From Pseudovirgaria hyperparasitica (taxonomy: Eukaryota): a stretch of 64,000 nucleotides of DNA. The stretch lies in NCBI GenBank assembly GCA_010093815.1, contig ML996579.1, one strand, 5' to 3'. The position numbers and the translations under genes are program-made. Position 1 is the first letter of the stretch, and each line of letters begins with the position of its first letter. Under the pieces are notes generated by a model. The model was not told the DNA's origin. It saw only the letters and a program-made list of their open reading frames with translations, and ran no database searches. Positions 10,214 through 23,647 of this stretch are shown piece by piece.

Positions 10214-12123
10214 TCAGCAATAGCCGGTCAGCTTCGCTACGGCTGGGTCACCCAGACTTGCAGCGAATTCCTTGCCAGGATCTTCATCGTACCCTAGAAG
10301 ATCATCGATCTTCTCCTCTCTCTTGATGCTCCAAAACGCGTGCGCTCCAGCCACGAACCTATCCCCGATTGGTTTGAGTTCATTTTCACCGACAGCAGAA
10401 TAAGACATTCGGAAGTATTTCCAAGCATCCTGATCCTGGACCTCCGGTGTCGGTCCAAATATCGTACCTATCAAGCCAGACTTTAGAGAAAGAGAAAGAA
10501 AAGTGAGAGGGCAAAGAGGTATAAACTCACCTGGCCCGACCAGTACCAAGTAAGGCTTCGTAGTCCAAAAGATCCAAAGTGCACGCGCTAAACGTTTGTG
10601 GTCTACCGTTCTGGCAAGCGGGTGTGACTTGAAGTTGAATTTGACCCATGCGAACATGCCACCCATTGGCCTCGTGAAATGATAGATCTTTGTCGTCTCG
10701 ACAACAGACCACTCAGTACTCACCAAAGACCCGCGCCGTCCAGCTTTAACAATTGTCTTCCCTGCCTCGAGACGGTCACAGAGTATATTCATGCGACGTT
10801 CGTAGTTACCACGAAGCCCTTCGAGCCAGCGGACCCACCCTGTCATCTCCCATCCACTCCCGTCTTTGTTACCGCCACTACCATCACCCGATTTGTATGG
10901 ACCCATGACCATCTCTGCAATCATAGCCTGTACAAAACCAGACGGCTGTGCAGTGGTAGTTTCCGTAATTCTTGTTATGCGCTCTATCACCCTGGGCTGA
11001 GCCGTTATCCAGCCTAGTCTGCACCCAGGAGCAACAGTCTTGCTGAACGTATCCAGTCGTACGACTCTGCCTTCATAATCAAGGGACAAATACGAAGGTA
11101 CCAGCGAGTCTAAGAAGTCGAAACCAGAAGATTTTGCATTCGTGTCGTGGAAAGCGTCCTTTTTGCTCGCTGTTGGAAACTGAAGAAACCAGTACGGATC
11201 GTCTTCAATGAGGATGATGTCGTACTTGACGCAAAGCTCGTAAATTGCGCTTTTACGCTCTACACTCTGGACCCCACCCGTTGGATTTTGTCCAATCGTA
11301 ATTGTATACAAAAGATGGGGTCGTCTGCCTCTTGAATAATCCCAATTCTCTAATATATCTTCCAGTCCACCAGGACCATCTGATTTCATACCCTGTTCGT
11401 CGAGCTCCACGGTAATAACATTCATTCCTCTTGGCAGGACAGCCTGTATAGAAGTCATGTACACATACTTCTCCACTAAGATGCCTTCCCTGGCCGACAC
11501 AGGATCCCGGTCTGGGACCCATGTGTTGTTGAAGGCTTCTATGGTCTTTGAGTAACCATCCGTATTACCGCACGAGAGAACAATGTCTGGACCGCCCTTG
11601 TATGGCACGCTTGGATGCATGTGTTCAGTCGCGAACTGCTTTATCCACGCAGCGAGGGGTGCAAGGCCCGTAGCCTGTCCATATTGAAGCGCCGTCGTGA
11701 CATCTATTCTACTTGTAGGACTTGGAGCGCCGGAGTCTTTTGGGACAACAAGACGCGAGTTCGAAGGTCTCGTTATGCAGGCCTTTTGAAGCTGCGTTGC
11801 GATGTTCGCAGAAGGGTCGCCTACGGTGATTGGGTCACGGTGTGATGGTGTCCATCTGTTCTGTGGTGCAGTCCTCGCCTCAAGCGTATCGAACGGAAAA
11901 TAGTCGGGGCTTGGTAGTCCTACAGGCACCGTAATATCAGCCACCACTTCTTGAATGTTCCTTTCTTATCGTGACACGGCACCATACCTCCTGCGAGCTG
12001 GCCAATACCGGGGATGAGAAAGTACTTGTAGAATGCCTTGATATCAGAGGGTTTTCTCGACTTAGTCACTTCTGATAGGTGGTGAGATAGATCAACAGGG
12101 CAGGGCAACGAGTGGGTGACCAT
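10214..12123 (-). CDS. Aromatic amino acid/2-aminoadipate aminotransferase (Aro8-like, PLP class I), 3 exons
   Basis: Exon 1 MVTHSLPCPVDLSHHLS...GIGQLAG joins G-LPSPDYFPF across an intron at about 11924-11987. Motifs LQYGQATG, GQNPTG, IIEDDPY-like LIEDDPY and DTFSKTVAPGCRLGW (PLP Lys). Second intron 10468-10530. Confidence 0.92.
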
Positions 12124-13377
12124 ATTGCCCAGTATAGGTGGGCCTTCAGAAATGGTAGTGTATATATCATATAGAAGGCTCTGTCCGGATGGCAGGCGGT
12201 GGTGGCCATGGGATCCTCAGCCTTTAATATCCATGGGCACTCTCGACAGCGTCATTGATTGATAAGACGGCAGCGGCTGCGGTAGCGGGATAGAGAATGA
12301 TGAGGGACTTCGTAATAGTACCGAGGCCGTTTCTAGTTCACGCCTTAGCAGGCAGTAAGAAGCTTATCTTATCTACAGTACTACAATACCTAGTATGTGG
12401 TCGTATAAACGGTAGAGGCACCTATAGTACTGTTGTAGCAATAGGCTCTGTTAAGTATTTGTCGATGGTAGTTCCGAGTGTGTCGTATCTTACGCTACAG
12501 CTCGGTTGGTAGTAGTAACATAAGCTGTTTTTGAGGGATATCTAGCAAGAGGGAACTCTAGGGCGACATATGGAGTTCCAATCTTCTCTGAACGAAGATA
12601 TATTTCCATAATCCGATCTGAATCTACTCGTTCTGCTGTACTACACCAAGACTGTCGCGTTCATTGTGCTAATCGTCGGGGAGAGATACCAAAATGATGT
12701 TGGCATCCGCTCTCATCGGTCCAGCCCATCAATCCAGCGAGGGCGACTTTCCAACCGCATAGGCTGGGTGGTTTCAGACCTCTCGTCTTTTGAGCAGCTC
12801 GCTGGCGCTAGATCCTGGTTAGATATACCGACCATAGGCAGCTTCGCGAGCACGTCTAGGTAATAGTAGTAGCGACCAGTATCTATGACCAGACGGAGTT
12901 TTGGCCAGATTGAGTAGCATAGATGCAGCGTGCATGGTTATGTTGTTGTGGTCACTGATGGCAAGATGCTACTGGGATCATAGACCGGGGTTCCACTGTC
13001 GTGTTTATTGTTTACTGTTTACTGTGTACTAAACACAGTGATTGGGTACTTAGGTAGAAGATTTGGCGTGCTCTCTAGCCGGACCCCCGGACCAGTCCTA
13101 GCCGGTACCGCCTCATGACGATGCAGGTCCAGGTCCAGGTCCTTGGAAATGCTGCATCTCTTGTTGCGTGTCTGCCCTACGCACTTCACAAGCCTCTCAC
13201 CTGTATAACTAACTATACCTTTTGTATTACTGCTTGCATGATCTGTATATCTGCATTCCTAGCATTGTACTGTTACTGCTCCTCTACATATCCGCACACT
13301 TCCGCTGTCGAGCATCGTTCCCAACCCATCCACACTCGCATGCGATCGTGGCTTTGAACACCTTTGAACCCGATCCC

Positions 13378-15363
13378 ATGGCGCACCGACTCGAGAACAC
13401 CAGCAATGAGCCTGCTCGTCCATCAGAGTACCGCGACGACGAAGCGAGCGTGTCAAGTGACACAATAACGCTCGACGACAGTGCTCTTATCGCACTCTCC
13501 GAAGCTTCCAATGACGAGTACTTTCGTGCATCACAGCCCCGATGGAAACGTTATGTCCCTCGTATCTCCTCCAGCTCGCGTTTGAGTCGCTACGTAAAGG
13601 CCGTGGACAAATGGATCAAAGGCCCTCAACCCCCAAGAAGATGGCACATTACCCCGTTCTTCCCGGCCGTACAAGAATTCCCCATTGTCTTACTAGAACG
13701 GTACTGCCCGAAGCGAAAACAAAAGGTCGCGGCCCTCATTCTTGCATATCTTGCCTGGTTTATCTGCTTTGCCTCTATCTTGAGGAAGTCTGCCTTTTCC
13801 GCGGATGTCCCGGGCTATGGATCGCCTGTCAACTATGGGTGCGAGGATAGGTTCTGGTAAGCTTTACAAAGTCTTTCGAATGGAAGTATCTAACTAAGAG
13901 CTAGGCGAGACTTTAATGGCTGTGGTCTCAATGGAGACCTATGTCGCCCTTTCGCGAATCGCACGATACCGTTCCGATGCCCGGCGAACTGCAAACGCGA
14001 GATAATAGCAAATGATCATGCGGTCGGAGATCAGGAAATCAACTATCAGTCTTTGGTCATTGGTGGTGCTGATGGTGATCAGAGTTTGGATCATGCACGC
14101 TATCGTGGGGACTCATTCATCTGCGGTGCGGGGATTCACTCAGGCTTTATTGGGGATGAGAAGGGTGGATGCGGCGCTCTTCGTTTGACCGGCGAGGCCA
14201 ACCACTTCCCGGCCTCCAAGAGAAAGGGAATATCGAGTGTTGGGTTTGATTCAGACTTTCCTCTATCCTTCACCTTTATCGATGGGTCGCAGGCCAAATG
14301 CGCAGACCTCAGGTGGCCGCTCCTAGGTGTATCTGTTATCTTTACGGTCATTATCTCCCTCTTCACGACGTCACCTGCCGTCTTCTTCTGGACCATGTTT
14401 ACCGGCATGTTCTTTCACACAGCACTTGTATCCGACCCTCCTACCCAACGCGACTATCACGCACTTATCAGCGTAACGCTCGAGCGCTTCCTCCCCGCCG
14501 CGTTTTGCGCATTTGTCATGTACAAATACTGCGCCAAACGGACGCTTACTGGCTTAACTGCCCAATTCGAGAAGACTATATTGTGGGTCGGCGGCTGCTG
14601 GGTCGGATCGTTGAACAACTACACATTTGACAAGATTCCCATCCAGCGCCTCACCCCGCACGATATCAAACAGCAACCCGGCGCCATTCCTGCGCTCCTT
14701 ATCGTAATTTTTAGCCTCCTCTTCATCGCCCTCGGCCAGGCTTGGGCACTACGAGTCGAGGGTCGTTTACCGCGCTACCTCGCCCTGTACGGCACATACG
14801 TCGCCGGCATCCTGATTATGGTGGCCATTCCCAGTATGAATGTCCGGATTCACCACTACATCCTCGGACTGCTCCTCATCGCCGGCACATCAATGCAGAC
14901 TCGGCCGTCGCTGCTCTATCAGGGAATACTGGTAGGGTTGTTCATCAACGGCGTTGCCCGCTGGGGCTTTGCATCGATCCTCGAGACACCATTCGCCCTG
15001 CGCGGCGACGCTAAGCTCGGCACCCTTCTCCCGCATATTCTGCCACCAATAATTCACGCCAACAAGGGCCTGTCGAGGCACGGCGTGAATCCGAACATCA
15101 CCTTTGAATGGAAGCGACCGCTCCCGGAGACGCCAGATCGCTGGGAGGGCGTTAGTGTGCTGGTCAACGACGTGGAGCGGTTTAGGGGCTACGAGGACAT
15201 GGGCGAGACGAGCTTTACGTGGGAACGCGAGGCGGACAAGCTGGACCTGCCGACGTACTTCCGATTCGGCTACCTGAGAGGTAGCGGCGTAGGCGACTAT
15301 TCGCGCGCAGGCGTATGGGGCAGCGATGGTGGCTGGACGGAGATGGAGGCTGGACCTAGCTAG
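13378..15363 (+). CDS. LCCL-domain multi-pass membrane protein, 2 exons
   Basis: Intron 13857-13904 (GTAAGC...CTAAC...TAG). NGCGLNGDLCRPF, FRCPANC and YRGDSFICGAGIHSG (LCCL core), then several TM helices with RIHHYILG and GVARWGFASILET. Confidence 0.88.
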
Positions 15364-18300
15364 TTGGGGCATGCGCAGCTTTTGTTTTTGTCGTCGGTTC
15401 TTGCGGAAGGCTCGGATTTGGATGTGGTGTGGGCGCCGTGAGATGCATTGGATATATACTCTGGCATAGGTGTAGTGTAGTACACGAATAGTAGACGGAC
15501 AAACGAGCTTGTGCTATAGCGTCTAAAGCTAGAATTCAAATGTTGAGAACAGTGTCAACGTCAACGATAGCAGTATACAACTATCCCCAATCTAACCTGC
15601 CTGTCTGCCCAGCGGTGATCATGCTACGTAACAAATATCGAATTATGCAAAATACTATGTGTTGGCGTACCATCCATTCATGATACAGCTTCAAGAGTCC
15701 AGCTTGGGGACCGACACGCCGCTATCGTTATATCGACCCAGGCCGCGCACGACGGTCATGTATATATATATAATCATTCTACATCGTCTGCAACACTGTA
15801 TATACGCATGTATATACACATACACTAATAATCCATCCACACAATGCGGCGATTTCCCTTTCGATTGGTATATCATCACACGGCGTGGGACACATATGGG
15901 GAGCACGGCGGAGCAGTCAGTGAGAGATATTTTGGGTGTCTGGACTCGTCGCCTGAGGCGGACCACGTGAGATGGATGCATAATGGCTGTTTTGAGGGGT
16001 TACTAGTAACTATGGTAATGCATTGGATGCATGTATTGAGTCTGGTATGCGGATGGAGGCTGGCGTTTTGCCTTGGGAGGGCTAGCTTTTACTGTTGTTT
16101 CGTGAGGGCAGGATGCTATTTCGTGAGTCGGTCGGTCAGGCGGATGGTGGCTGCTGGTTGGTGGTGTGGGCTGGCATGCTGGCTGGCTGGTAACGATGGT
16201 AGTGGACCAGGAGATCTCAGTACGTAGCGTAGCTTACGGCGGGTATGAGGTTGTTCGTCCTAGGCGCGCTCGAGGAGGAGAGGAGAGGAGAGGGCACCGA
16301 GGCAAACGCATGCATGCATACATGGGACGGAGAGCCGTTGAGCATCTGTGGCGTGCATGAAGGTGGTATGGTATGTGTGGGATAGATGCGACGGAGATGC
16401 GGACGACGATAAACTTCTTATGGTGAAGGCTGCTACCGTTTCACTTGGTCGAGTGGCTTTCACAGTCCCTTTATTAGCCGGACCACGTGCTCGAAGGTTC
16501 GGATGGAGAGACAAGCATGTTGATGTGTGACTTGCTGCTATCGATAGCAAGCCGCAACCTTATCGTACCGAGAAAGCGCCCTCTCTCTCTCTAATTAAGC
16601 CTCAAGGTATATATAATTATAATCCTGGGCCTGTATATAGCACAGGATGCCTCGATCAGTGGGACAACGATGGCCAGTGAGTGGCCAGTGAGTGGCCAGG
16701 GTAGTATGATAAAAGTGTCTCATATGATACGAGGGAAATAGAAGGGTGCACAGCTCCATGCGCGGCTCGGTAAATGCAACCCTTTCAAAGGAGCATGCGC
16801 CTGTGCGTTTGAGAAGCGAAACAAATCATGTACGTATGAACACGCGTCAGGACTCTCTCTCTCTCTCTTCCGTACAAAAATCTTGTGCAAAGATCACGGT
16901 GTCATTCAACAGACTCAAATCGCAGCGCGGCAAAGGGGGCGACTCTATGGGATTCCCTTTTTTGCATTGCTCCGGACACTCGGAAAGATCGGAGGATAAG
17001 TCGACACGCTTCTGCTGATCATCATCTTGTCAGGTCGAATACCAATTGAGCGATGAGGTCTTCCATTATCTATCCTACCGTTAGTCCTGCGATGATCTAC
17101 TCCATGACTAAAACTTTTATATTGTGTGATATAACCCCCAAGTCCCAAGTGTCTATCTACACCAGAGCTGGTGAGCAATTGATGGTGGCTACGTGCTGTG
17201 TCTGGGATCTGCATGGAACGTATTAAGTACCGCACAGTGAATCCATAAAGCTCGTGGCAGGCAACGGACATCCGTGACAGAAAGGGGAACGGAGTAGATT
17301 GGAGAAGAGTAAGGAGGACTTGGGGGAGGATAGTTAGCTAAGGGGTTAACAGTTGCCCACGACGGCGACGTCATTACTCCACTCGGAAAGCATGATCGTC
17401 AGCGGCATCGTCATCGTCTTCTCCATCCTCTCGCCTTCATCGTCTTCTTCAGCCTTCAGCCCTGAGGTAAAAGGGGGGAGGGGGCTCGATGCTGGGTGCT
17501 GTGTGAACGGCGGACGATATACACGACTTTCGTCCTATCTTGCTCCGCAGATGTGCATGTGCATCTTCAGCGAGTCGAAGACGTAGGTGAATCACAAGGC
17601 TTTTGATTGCACAGAACCATGCAGGATAGGCACAGACAGGATATGCATGCGTCGCGTGTTATAGATGAAGAGAGATGTCGGACGGTTTTTCCCTCAAACA
17701 CAAGCACAAGGAGGGGGGGAGGGGGTAAAGGTAAGTATACAGCCTGAGCATTGTCGAGCTTGTGCCTGAGGCTGGTCATGCTTAAGGCCATATGCGCGCG
17801 CTGATTGGCTGTTGCGCTGACCACCCCCTAGTTTCCACGGTTTCATGATTTCATACCAGCCCTAACACTGACTCCCTTCAATTCCACGCCGGCACCATTC
17901 ACTGTTAGTCTGTTCGTCTTCGAAGAGGTACTATGTACTTAGTCGCCCATCACAATCATTCCGAATCATCCCCCCGCGTACGTCGCAGGTTTCACGACGT
18001 CTTAGTGAGCCCATCTCCATCTTGTTTCCCTTCTTTCCCACAACCTTTTTCTGGCCACTCTTTTGATTTTTTTTTGCATCTCCCAGCTTTCACCTCTATC
18101 ACCCGCAGTCGTTCATTCTTTCTTCCATTCACTCGTTTCAGTCCCGAGCTCACACTCCTTCTGCCATCTCTCGTTCACATATACCCGGTTGACGCGCGAG
18201 TTCCGTCTACCATCCCGTCGTGTGCATTTCGGAAATTGTTCTGAATGCAATAAGCCTCTGGAGGTCTCTTCCGTATCCTCACTTCCACGGCATACAGTTC

Positions 18301-18404
18301 GCCTGGTGCTCTTTCTTAGGTTGAGGGAATTCACTCTCGCAAACCAAAGAAAACCACTCGCATCTCTTATCCTCATCCAAAGACTTTTCTGCAGGATATC
18401 AGTC

Positions 18405-20009
18405 ATGTCGAGCTCCATCCTTCTCAAGGGTGCGGCATTGCTGGCGCTCGTCGCCCAGGCGTCTGCATTCTGGCGCATGGAGTGCCATTCACCCATTGGT
18501 CTCGCCCGTATCGATCCGCTTGTTGAACCTGGTGAGGTCTCAACTCACGCCCATACAATCCATGGCGGCAAGAGTATGTTGTCCGAAGCAAGTGCGATAT
18601 GATCTTACTGACCCTGGGCAGACTTTGGCTTCACCACCAACACCGACCAGCTCATGGCGTCAGAGTGTACCTCATGCCGTGTGCTTCAGGACAAATCAGT
18701 GTACTGGTAAGCCGCTGCCACTTGACGTGGTATCAACATCAACTAACCGCCTCTTCTCAGGACTCCCAGCCTGCACTTCATCTTCAAGAACGGCAGCTCC
18801 ACCGTCGTCCCACAGGTTGGCGGAATGCTAGCGTATGTCAACTTCTTGTCGTGACTCCTCTTCGGCACCTGACTCTGACCTAGATACTACCTTCTCTATG
18901 GCGAAAATGTGAAAGCTTTCCCCAAGGACTTCAAGATGCTTGCGGGCGACACCCGCCAGCGTAACTTTACGTGGCCTGAGCCCGATCCACCGAAGCCATG
19001 GTCTGGCGATCAAGCTAGCCAGTTTGCCTTATCACAAAAGGCTATCGGGTTCAACTGCCTCGACTACTCTCATAATCCGGAGTCTACGCTGTACCGCCAC
19101 CGTATGCCTGAGAAGGAGTATCTTGACGCGCACTGTAAGGACGGTATCCGCATTGAACTGATGTTTCCATCGTGCTGGAATGGAAAAGACACGGACTCGG
19201 CAAATCACAAGGACCACATGGCTTACCCCAGCCTGACCATTGATGGAGACTGCCCGAAAGGTTTTGAACAGCGTGTCCCTTCACTCCTCTACGAAACCAT
19301 CTGGAACACGTATGCATTCAAGGACCAAGAAGGCGAGTTTGCGCTTGCCAACGGCGACACGACTGGCTGTGGCTACCATGGAGACTTTATTACTGGGTGG
19401 GATGTCGGGTTCCTTCAGAATGCAGTCAATACTTGCACCAACCTGTCCGGAAATATCGGGGACTGCCCCATCTTCACGCTACAGAGCGAGACGGAGGCAG
19501 CGAAATGCAAGATGGACATGCCCAAGATGCTGAATGACGATGACTGCAAGGGACCGCGTCAGGGTCTTCCCGGTAACGTGGCCGTCCAGGCAGGACCGGA
19601 GTATGCTACGATGAACTCTGGCAACAAGCCAGTATCGCTATACACGCCTCCAGCCATCAACACCAAGGCACCAGTCCCAAGCTTCCAGCAGGCTACCACT
19701 GCTCTTACAGACGCGTATGGCGGTGGAATCAGCGTTGCCGCGGTCAACCACGCCGTGTCGAATCCAGTACCGAGTCCGGTAGTCACGCCTGCTCCAGTTG
19801 CTCCAGTTGCTCCAGTAGGTCCAGTAGGTGGCGCCGGAGCACCGAGAATCTTGTCAACGTCTACGTACACTAGCGCCGCAGCGGTGTATGAGATTGTGTA
19901 CGAAGAGGTGGACATTACAGTGACGGCAAACGCGCCAGCGCCAAGTGCGCCAAAGCACGTGGCTCCCCGTCACAATCACAATCACCATCGCCGTGACGGA
20001 CACTTCTAG
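18405..20009 (+). CDS. Secreted DUF1996-domain protein, 4 exons
   Basis: Signal peptide then FWRMEC, RIDPLVEPG..STHAH, CTSCRVLQDKSVYWTP, GGMLAYY, FPSCWNG and GCGYHGDFI. Introns at about 18574-18621, 18707-18760 and 18833-18883. Pro-rich tail ending in a His-rich C-terminus. Confidence 0.92.
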
Positions 20010-20864
20010 GTACGACATGGGGGTTGTAGGGTAGCAGGTTTTGATATGTTGCTGCATCAGCATGCATGGTGGCGTTTTGTTCTTCTCTTCCTTGTATGTA
20101 TGAGATTTCGTCTTTTTTTCCCTAGTCTCTTCTTTTCTGGCATATCAGTAGTGCGGCGCAGGCTCAGCTGTTCTTACCGAATCGGGAATGCCGCCTGTAG
20201 GGTAGTACATACTGAGGTACGTACGTACATATGTGGTTGACACATGGACGCTGTAGATACAGATACTTGCGGTGTGACAGATAGATTGGCAAGCCAGGCG
20301 CATGGCACGTCGAATAGGCAGGAAGACAATGGAAATCCAAATGCAAGCTTGAACGTGAGTGCAGGCAACAAGTGACAGACATGCCAATTGCAGCCTCTGT
20401 GTCCGAGTCCGTGTCGGTGGTGGTGTAGGAGCAGGCGAAAGGCGGAGAAGGAGGAGAACAGAGATGAAACTTGTTAGTGGTAATTATGTAGCAAAAGACG
20501 TCGAGGATAGCACAAGGGGGGTATAAGAAGGTATATATAATAGTAGAATATGTGATGGATGCGGCGCAAGACACGAGTCCAGGAGAAGATAATAGTGATA
20601 CTGTAATTAGCCTCTCTTGTACTGTAATCGATTGCTACGCCTAATTATTATTACTACTGACTGTCTGGACTGAGGTGGGCTGACTGGACCAGGACTTTTG
20701 GGGGGAAGTTTGGGGGGAATGTTGGCGGGCTTGGTGGGCGGGTCGGGACGGCTAATCAGTCAGCTGTGGGCTGGGGGGTTCTGGATTCTGGGCTGCTGCT
20801 TGCCGCTCAGTCCGCTTTCAGGTAGGGAGTCACTCACTGGCCGCCTACATCTAGCTGACTACCT

Positions 20865-20940
20865 GCCTACATTTAGCTGATTACCTGCCCAACTACGTGC
20901 CTAACTACGTGCCTAACTACGTGCCTAACTACCTGCCCAC
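20865..20940 (+). repeat. 12-bp tandem repeat (aactacgtgcct) with degenerate flanking copies
   Basis: Three exact copies plus aactacctgccc at 20891-20938; related gactacctgcct and gattacctgccc copies lie upstream. Confidence 0.9.
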
Positions 20941-21100
20941 ACATCTACCCGCTAACTACTGACTGCAGCTGGCTCCCGGGCTCCTGAGCTCCCTGCCGGC
21001 TGCTGCCCTCCCCACTATCCGGCTGCGCCAGTGCCAACTACCCGCTAATTTACGCATTGCCTGCTGCCCGCTGGCTTCCTGGCTGACTTCCTTCGTACTT

Positions 21101-21131
21101 GACTGCTGACTGCTGACTGCTGACTGCTGAC
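21101..21131 (+). repeat. 7-bp tandem repeat (gactgct) x4
   Basis: gactgctgactgctgactgctgactgctgac. Confidence 0.9.
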
Positions 21132-21829
21132 TACTAACTTACTACCACCACCCGCAGAATCACATGCCCTCGGCTGTTGCATCTCTCTCCCACTATTAAT
21201 TAATTCCCTCCCTGATCAGCCAAAAAGCCGCAGCCACAGGTAGTAATTAGTAGTTAGCAGTAGTGCTACATATAGTAAATAAGCTACAGTATAAACCTAT
21301 CTACTACCTACCAAGGTACTGAGGCACCTCTAGTATTACTAAGTAAGTAATAGCCTTGGAACACACCCACTTACGCTTTACCTAGGTAGAGAAGCTACCT
21401 AGCTATCAATTTAATTGACTAGTAATGCAGGCTTAGCCATGCCTGCAATCCCTTCATGCTGTACCCCAGACTCCCTACCTGCATCAATCATCTTCAATCT
21501 TCCTCTCTAATTACCATTTGACCCTCCTCCTCCACTTCCACTCTTGCTTTTTTGCCCACCTGTTCTCTCTATCTCTCTCTCTCGTCAACGCCCTTCCCCC
21601 GAGCCCTCTGCTCTCCCTCGTGCCGGCCCGTTCCTCCGAGAGAGTGAGCTACGAATTGATGTCGCCGTCTTGCAAGAGCTGGGGAAGCAAGGATACCTCA
21701 TCCTAAGCTTGCGTCTGACACGCACGTCGTCGTACTGCAGTGTGCTGTGCTCCTGAACCGAACCTCAGCCGCCCACGCCACCCGCTGCTCCTCCTATACA
21801 TAATACCTACCTACCTACCTACCTACACA

Positions 21830-23251
21830 ATGGCAGTCGCCGGCTTGCTTCAATCCCTGCAGCCGTCTTTCATGTCATGGAGAAAGGCCTCAGCGTCCCC
21901 GCCGCTCAGGAAGACTGCCTACCTGGATGGTCTGCGTGGTTTCGCTGCTTTTTTGGTCTACATCATGCATCATGAGCTCTGGGCACATAGCGCAACTCAG
22001 ACTGCCAGCATCATCGAGTTTGGCTGGGGCTACGACGACAAATATGCCCTCGTCTCCTTTCCTTGGATCCGCCAGTTCTTCTCTGGCGGTCACTCTGCCG
22101 TCGCGTGTTTCTACGTCATCTCTGGCTACGTCTTGACGTACAAGCCACTACAACTCATCTTGTCTGGCAACGTCGAGAAGCTTGCCGACAACGTCGCTTC
22201 TGCCATCTTTCGGAGATGGCTGCGACTATATCTTCCCATCGTCGGTGTATCGCTTGTCTACGTCTTCACTATCCACATCTTTCATCTCGAGGGCAATGGC
22301 CACCACATGTTTGAGACATACTGGGAACAGCTGCTCGATCTTTACAGGGAGTTCATGGCATGGAGTTATGCTTTCCAGTCAAAAGGCTTCGTCATCTTAT
22401 GGCTGACCTATAATCCCCATACATGGAGCATTACTTACGAGATGAAGGGCTCGCTAGTCATATACATGACCGCGCTGTGTACTGCGCGCTTCCCCCGTAC
22501 TCGTCGATGGACACTGTATGCCATCCTGATCTTTTACTTTATGGTCCTCACAGATGGCTGGTATATCGCCATCTTCGTGACCGGCATGTGGCTTGCTGAA
22601 CTCGACATGCATCTCGAGGCCGGCACACTTGAACCTCCCCCCTTCCTCACCGAGAATAGCACCACCCTGTTCTACGGCCTCTTCATATCTGCCATCTTCC
22701 TCAACGGCATACCCAATGGTGCCGACAACGAGATGCTTGGTCGTTCCTTTGGCTGGGGCTTTCTACGCCATCTCCACCCGCCAATGGAAGACCCAAAGTG
22801 GTTCTACCTCCTATTCTCTGCTCCCGCTCTAGTCGCATGTATCCCACGTATCTGGTGGCTCCGATCCTTCTTCGATTCCCGCTTCTGCCAGTATCTCGGC
22901 CGCATCTCCTACTCCTTGTACCTCATCCACGGTTACATTCTCAGTCTCTTTGGTGCACGCATATATGCCGCCGTCGGATTCTGTCGAGAGGGTGTAGACG
23001 ATAAAAACTTTCCATGGTGGTGCAACCGAACTCCCTTGCCACAGTGGGGCATCATGGGTTTGGAACTGAACTTTCTAGTTGCTCAATTGATCCTCTTGCC
23101 AGTCACGTTCTGGTTAAGTGAGATTGTGACCAAACTCATCGACGAGCCAAGCGTGAAATTCGCCCAGAACACGTGGCGCTGGTTCCTCGAAGAAGACTCA
23201 AAGCCAGATGCTAAGCCTGCCTCGCTACCAATGTCGACTTTGCCACCGTAG
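21830..23251 (+). CDS. Acyltransferase family 3 (OafA-like) integral membrane O-acyltransferase
   Basis: Motifs TAYLDGLRGFAAFLV, GGHSAVACFYVISGYVL, RRWLRLYLP, HTWSITYE and QYLGRISYSLYLIH, with about 10 hydrophobic segments. First ATG at 21830. Confidence 0.92.
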   Translation: MAVAGLLQSLQPSFMSWRKASASPPLRKTAYLDGLRGFAAFLVYIMHHELWAHSATQTASIIEFGWGYDDKYALVSFPWIRQFFSGGHSAVACFYVISGYVLTYKPLQLILSGNVEKLADNVASAIFRRWLRLYLPIVGVSLVYVFTIHIFHLEGNGHHMFETYWEQLLDLYREFMAWSYAFQSKGFVILWLTYNPHTWSITYEMKGSLVIYMTALCTARFPRTRRWTLYAILIFYFMVLTDGWYIAIFVTGMWLAELDMHLEAGTLEPPPFLTENSTTLFYGLFISAIFLNGIPNGADNEMLGRSFGWGFLRHLHPPMEDPKWFYLLFSAPALVACIPRIWWLRSFFDSRFCQYLGRISYSLYLIHGYILSLFGARIYAAVGFCREGVDDKNFPWWCNRTPLPQWGIMGLELNFLVAQLILLPVTFWLSEIVTKLIDEPSVKFAQNTWRWFLEEDSKPDAKPASLPMSTLPP

Positions 23252-23647
23252 TACAGGCTATATCTGCTTTATCATATAAATACTGTAGTTCATTGTAAAT
23301 ACTGACCATGTATATTCCTGAAGAACGCCCAGCGATGAATTCTTCCTTATAATCGATATTCAGAAACGAGATGTTACTAAAAAGACAAGTACATCTTCAT
23401 AATACTATTTTGCAGTCTCACTTGGCGCCGAAGGCTTCCAATCATATCAGTACCTAGGTACTTTACCTATCGTACGTAACTAGCTCTTTTCAACGGCCTC
23501 CCTCGCCTTACCAAAAGCAGACATTTTGGGGGCCGAAAAGCCGTTAAGACATGTGGGTCCAGTCGCAATGAACTGTGCATTATATAACTTCTCTTTGCTG
23601 CAACTTCTGTCACGACGGCACAGCATACAATTGCCATTGTGCTTCTC

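Noticed and set aside
15400..18400. Many 60-180 aa ORFs in the long region upstream of the DUF1996 gene
   Set aside because: Low-complexity translations with no family motifs and mostly non-ATG starts; treated as promoter/UTR sequence.
20865..20940. Tandem repeats as a CRISPR-like array
   Set aside because: 12-bp head-to-tail units with no unique spacers, no cas genes, and a eukaryotic context.
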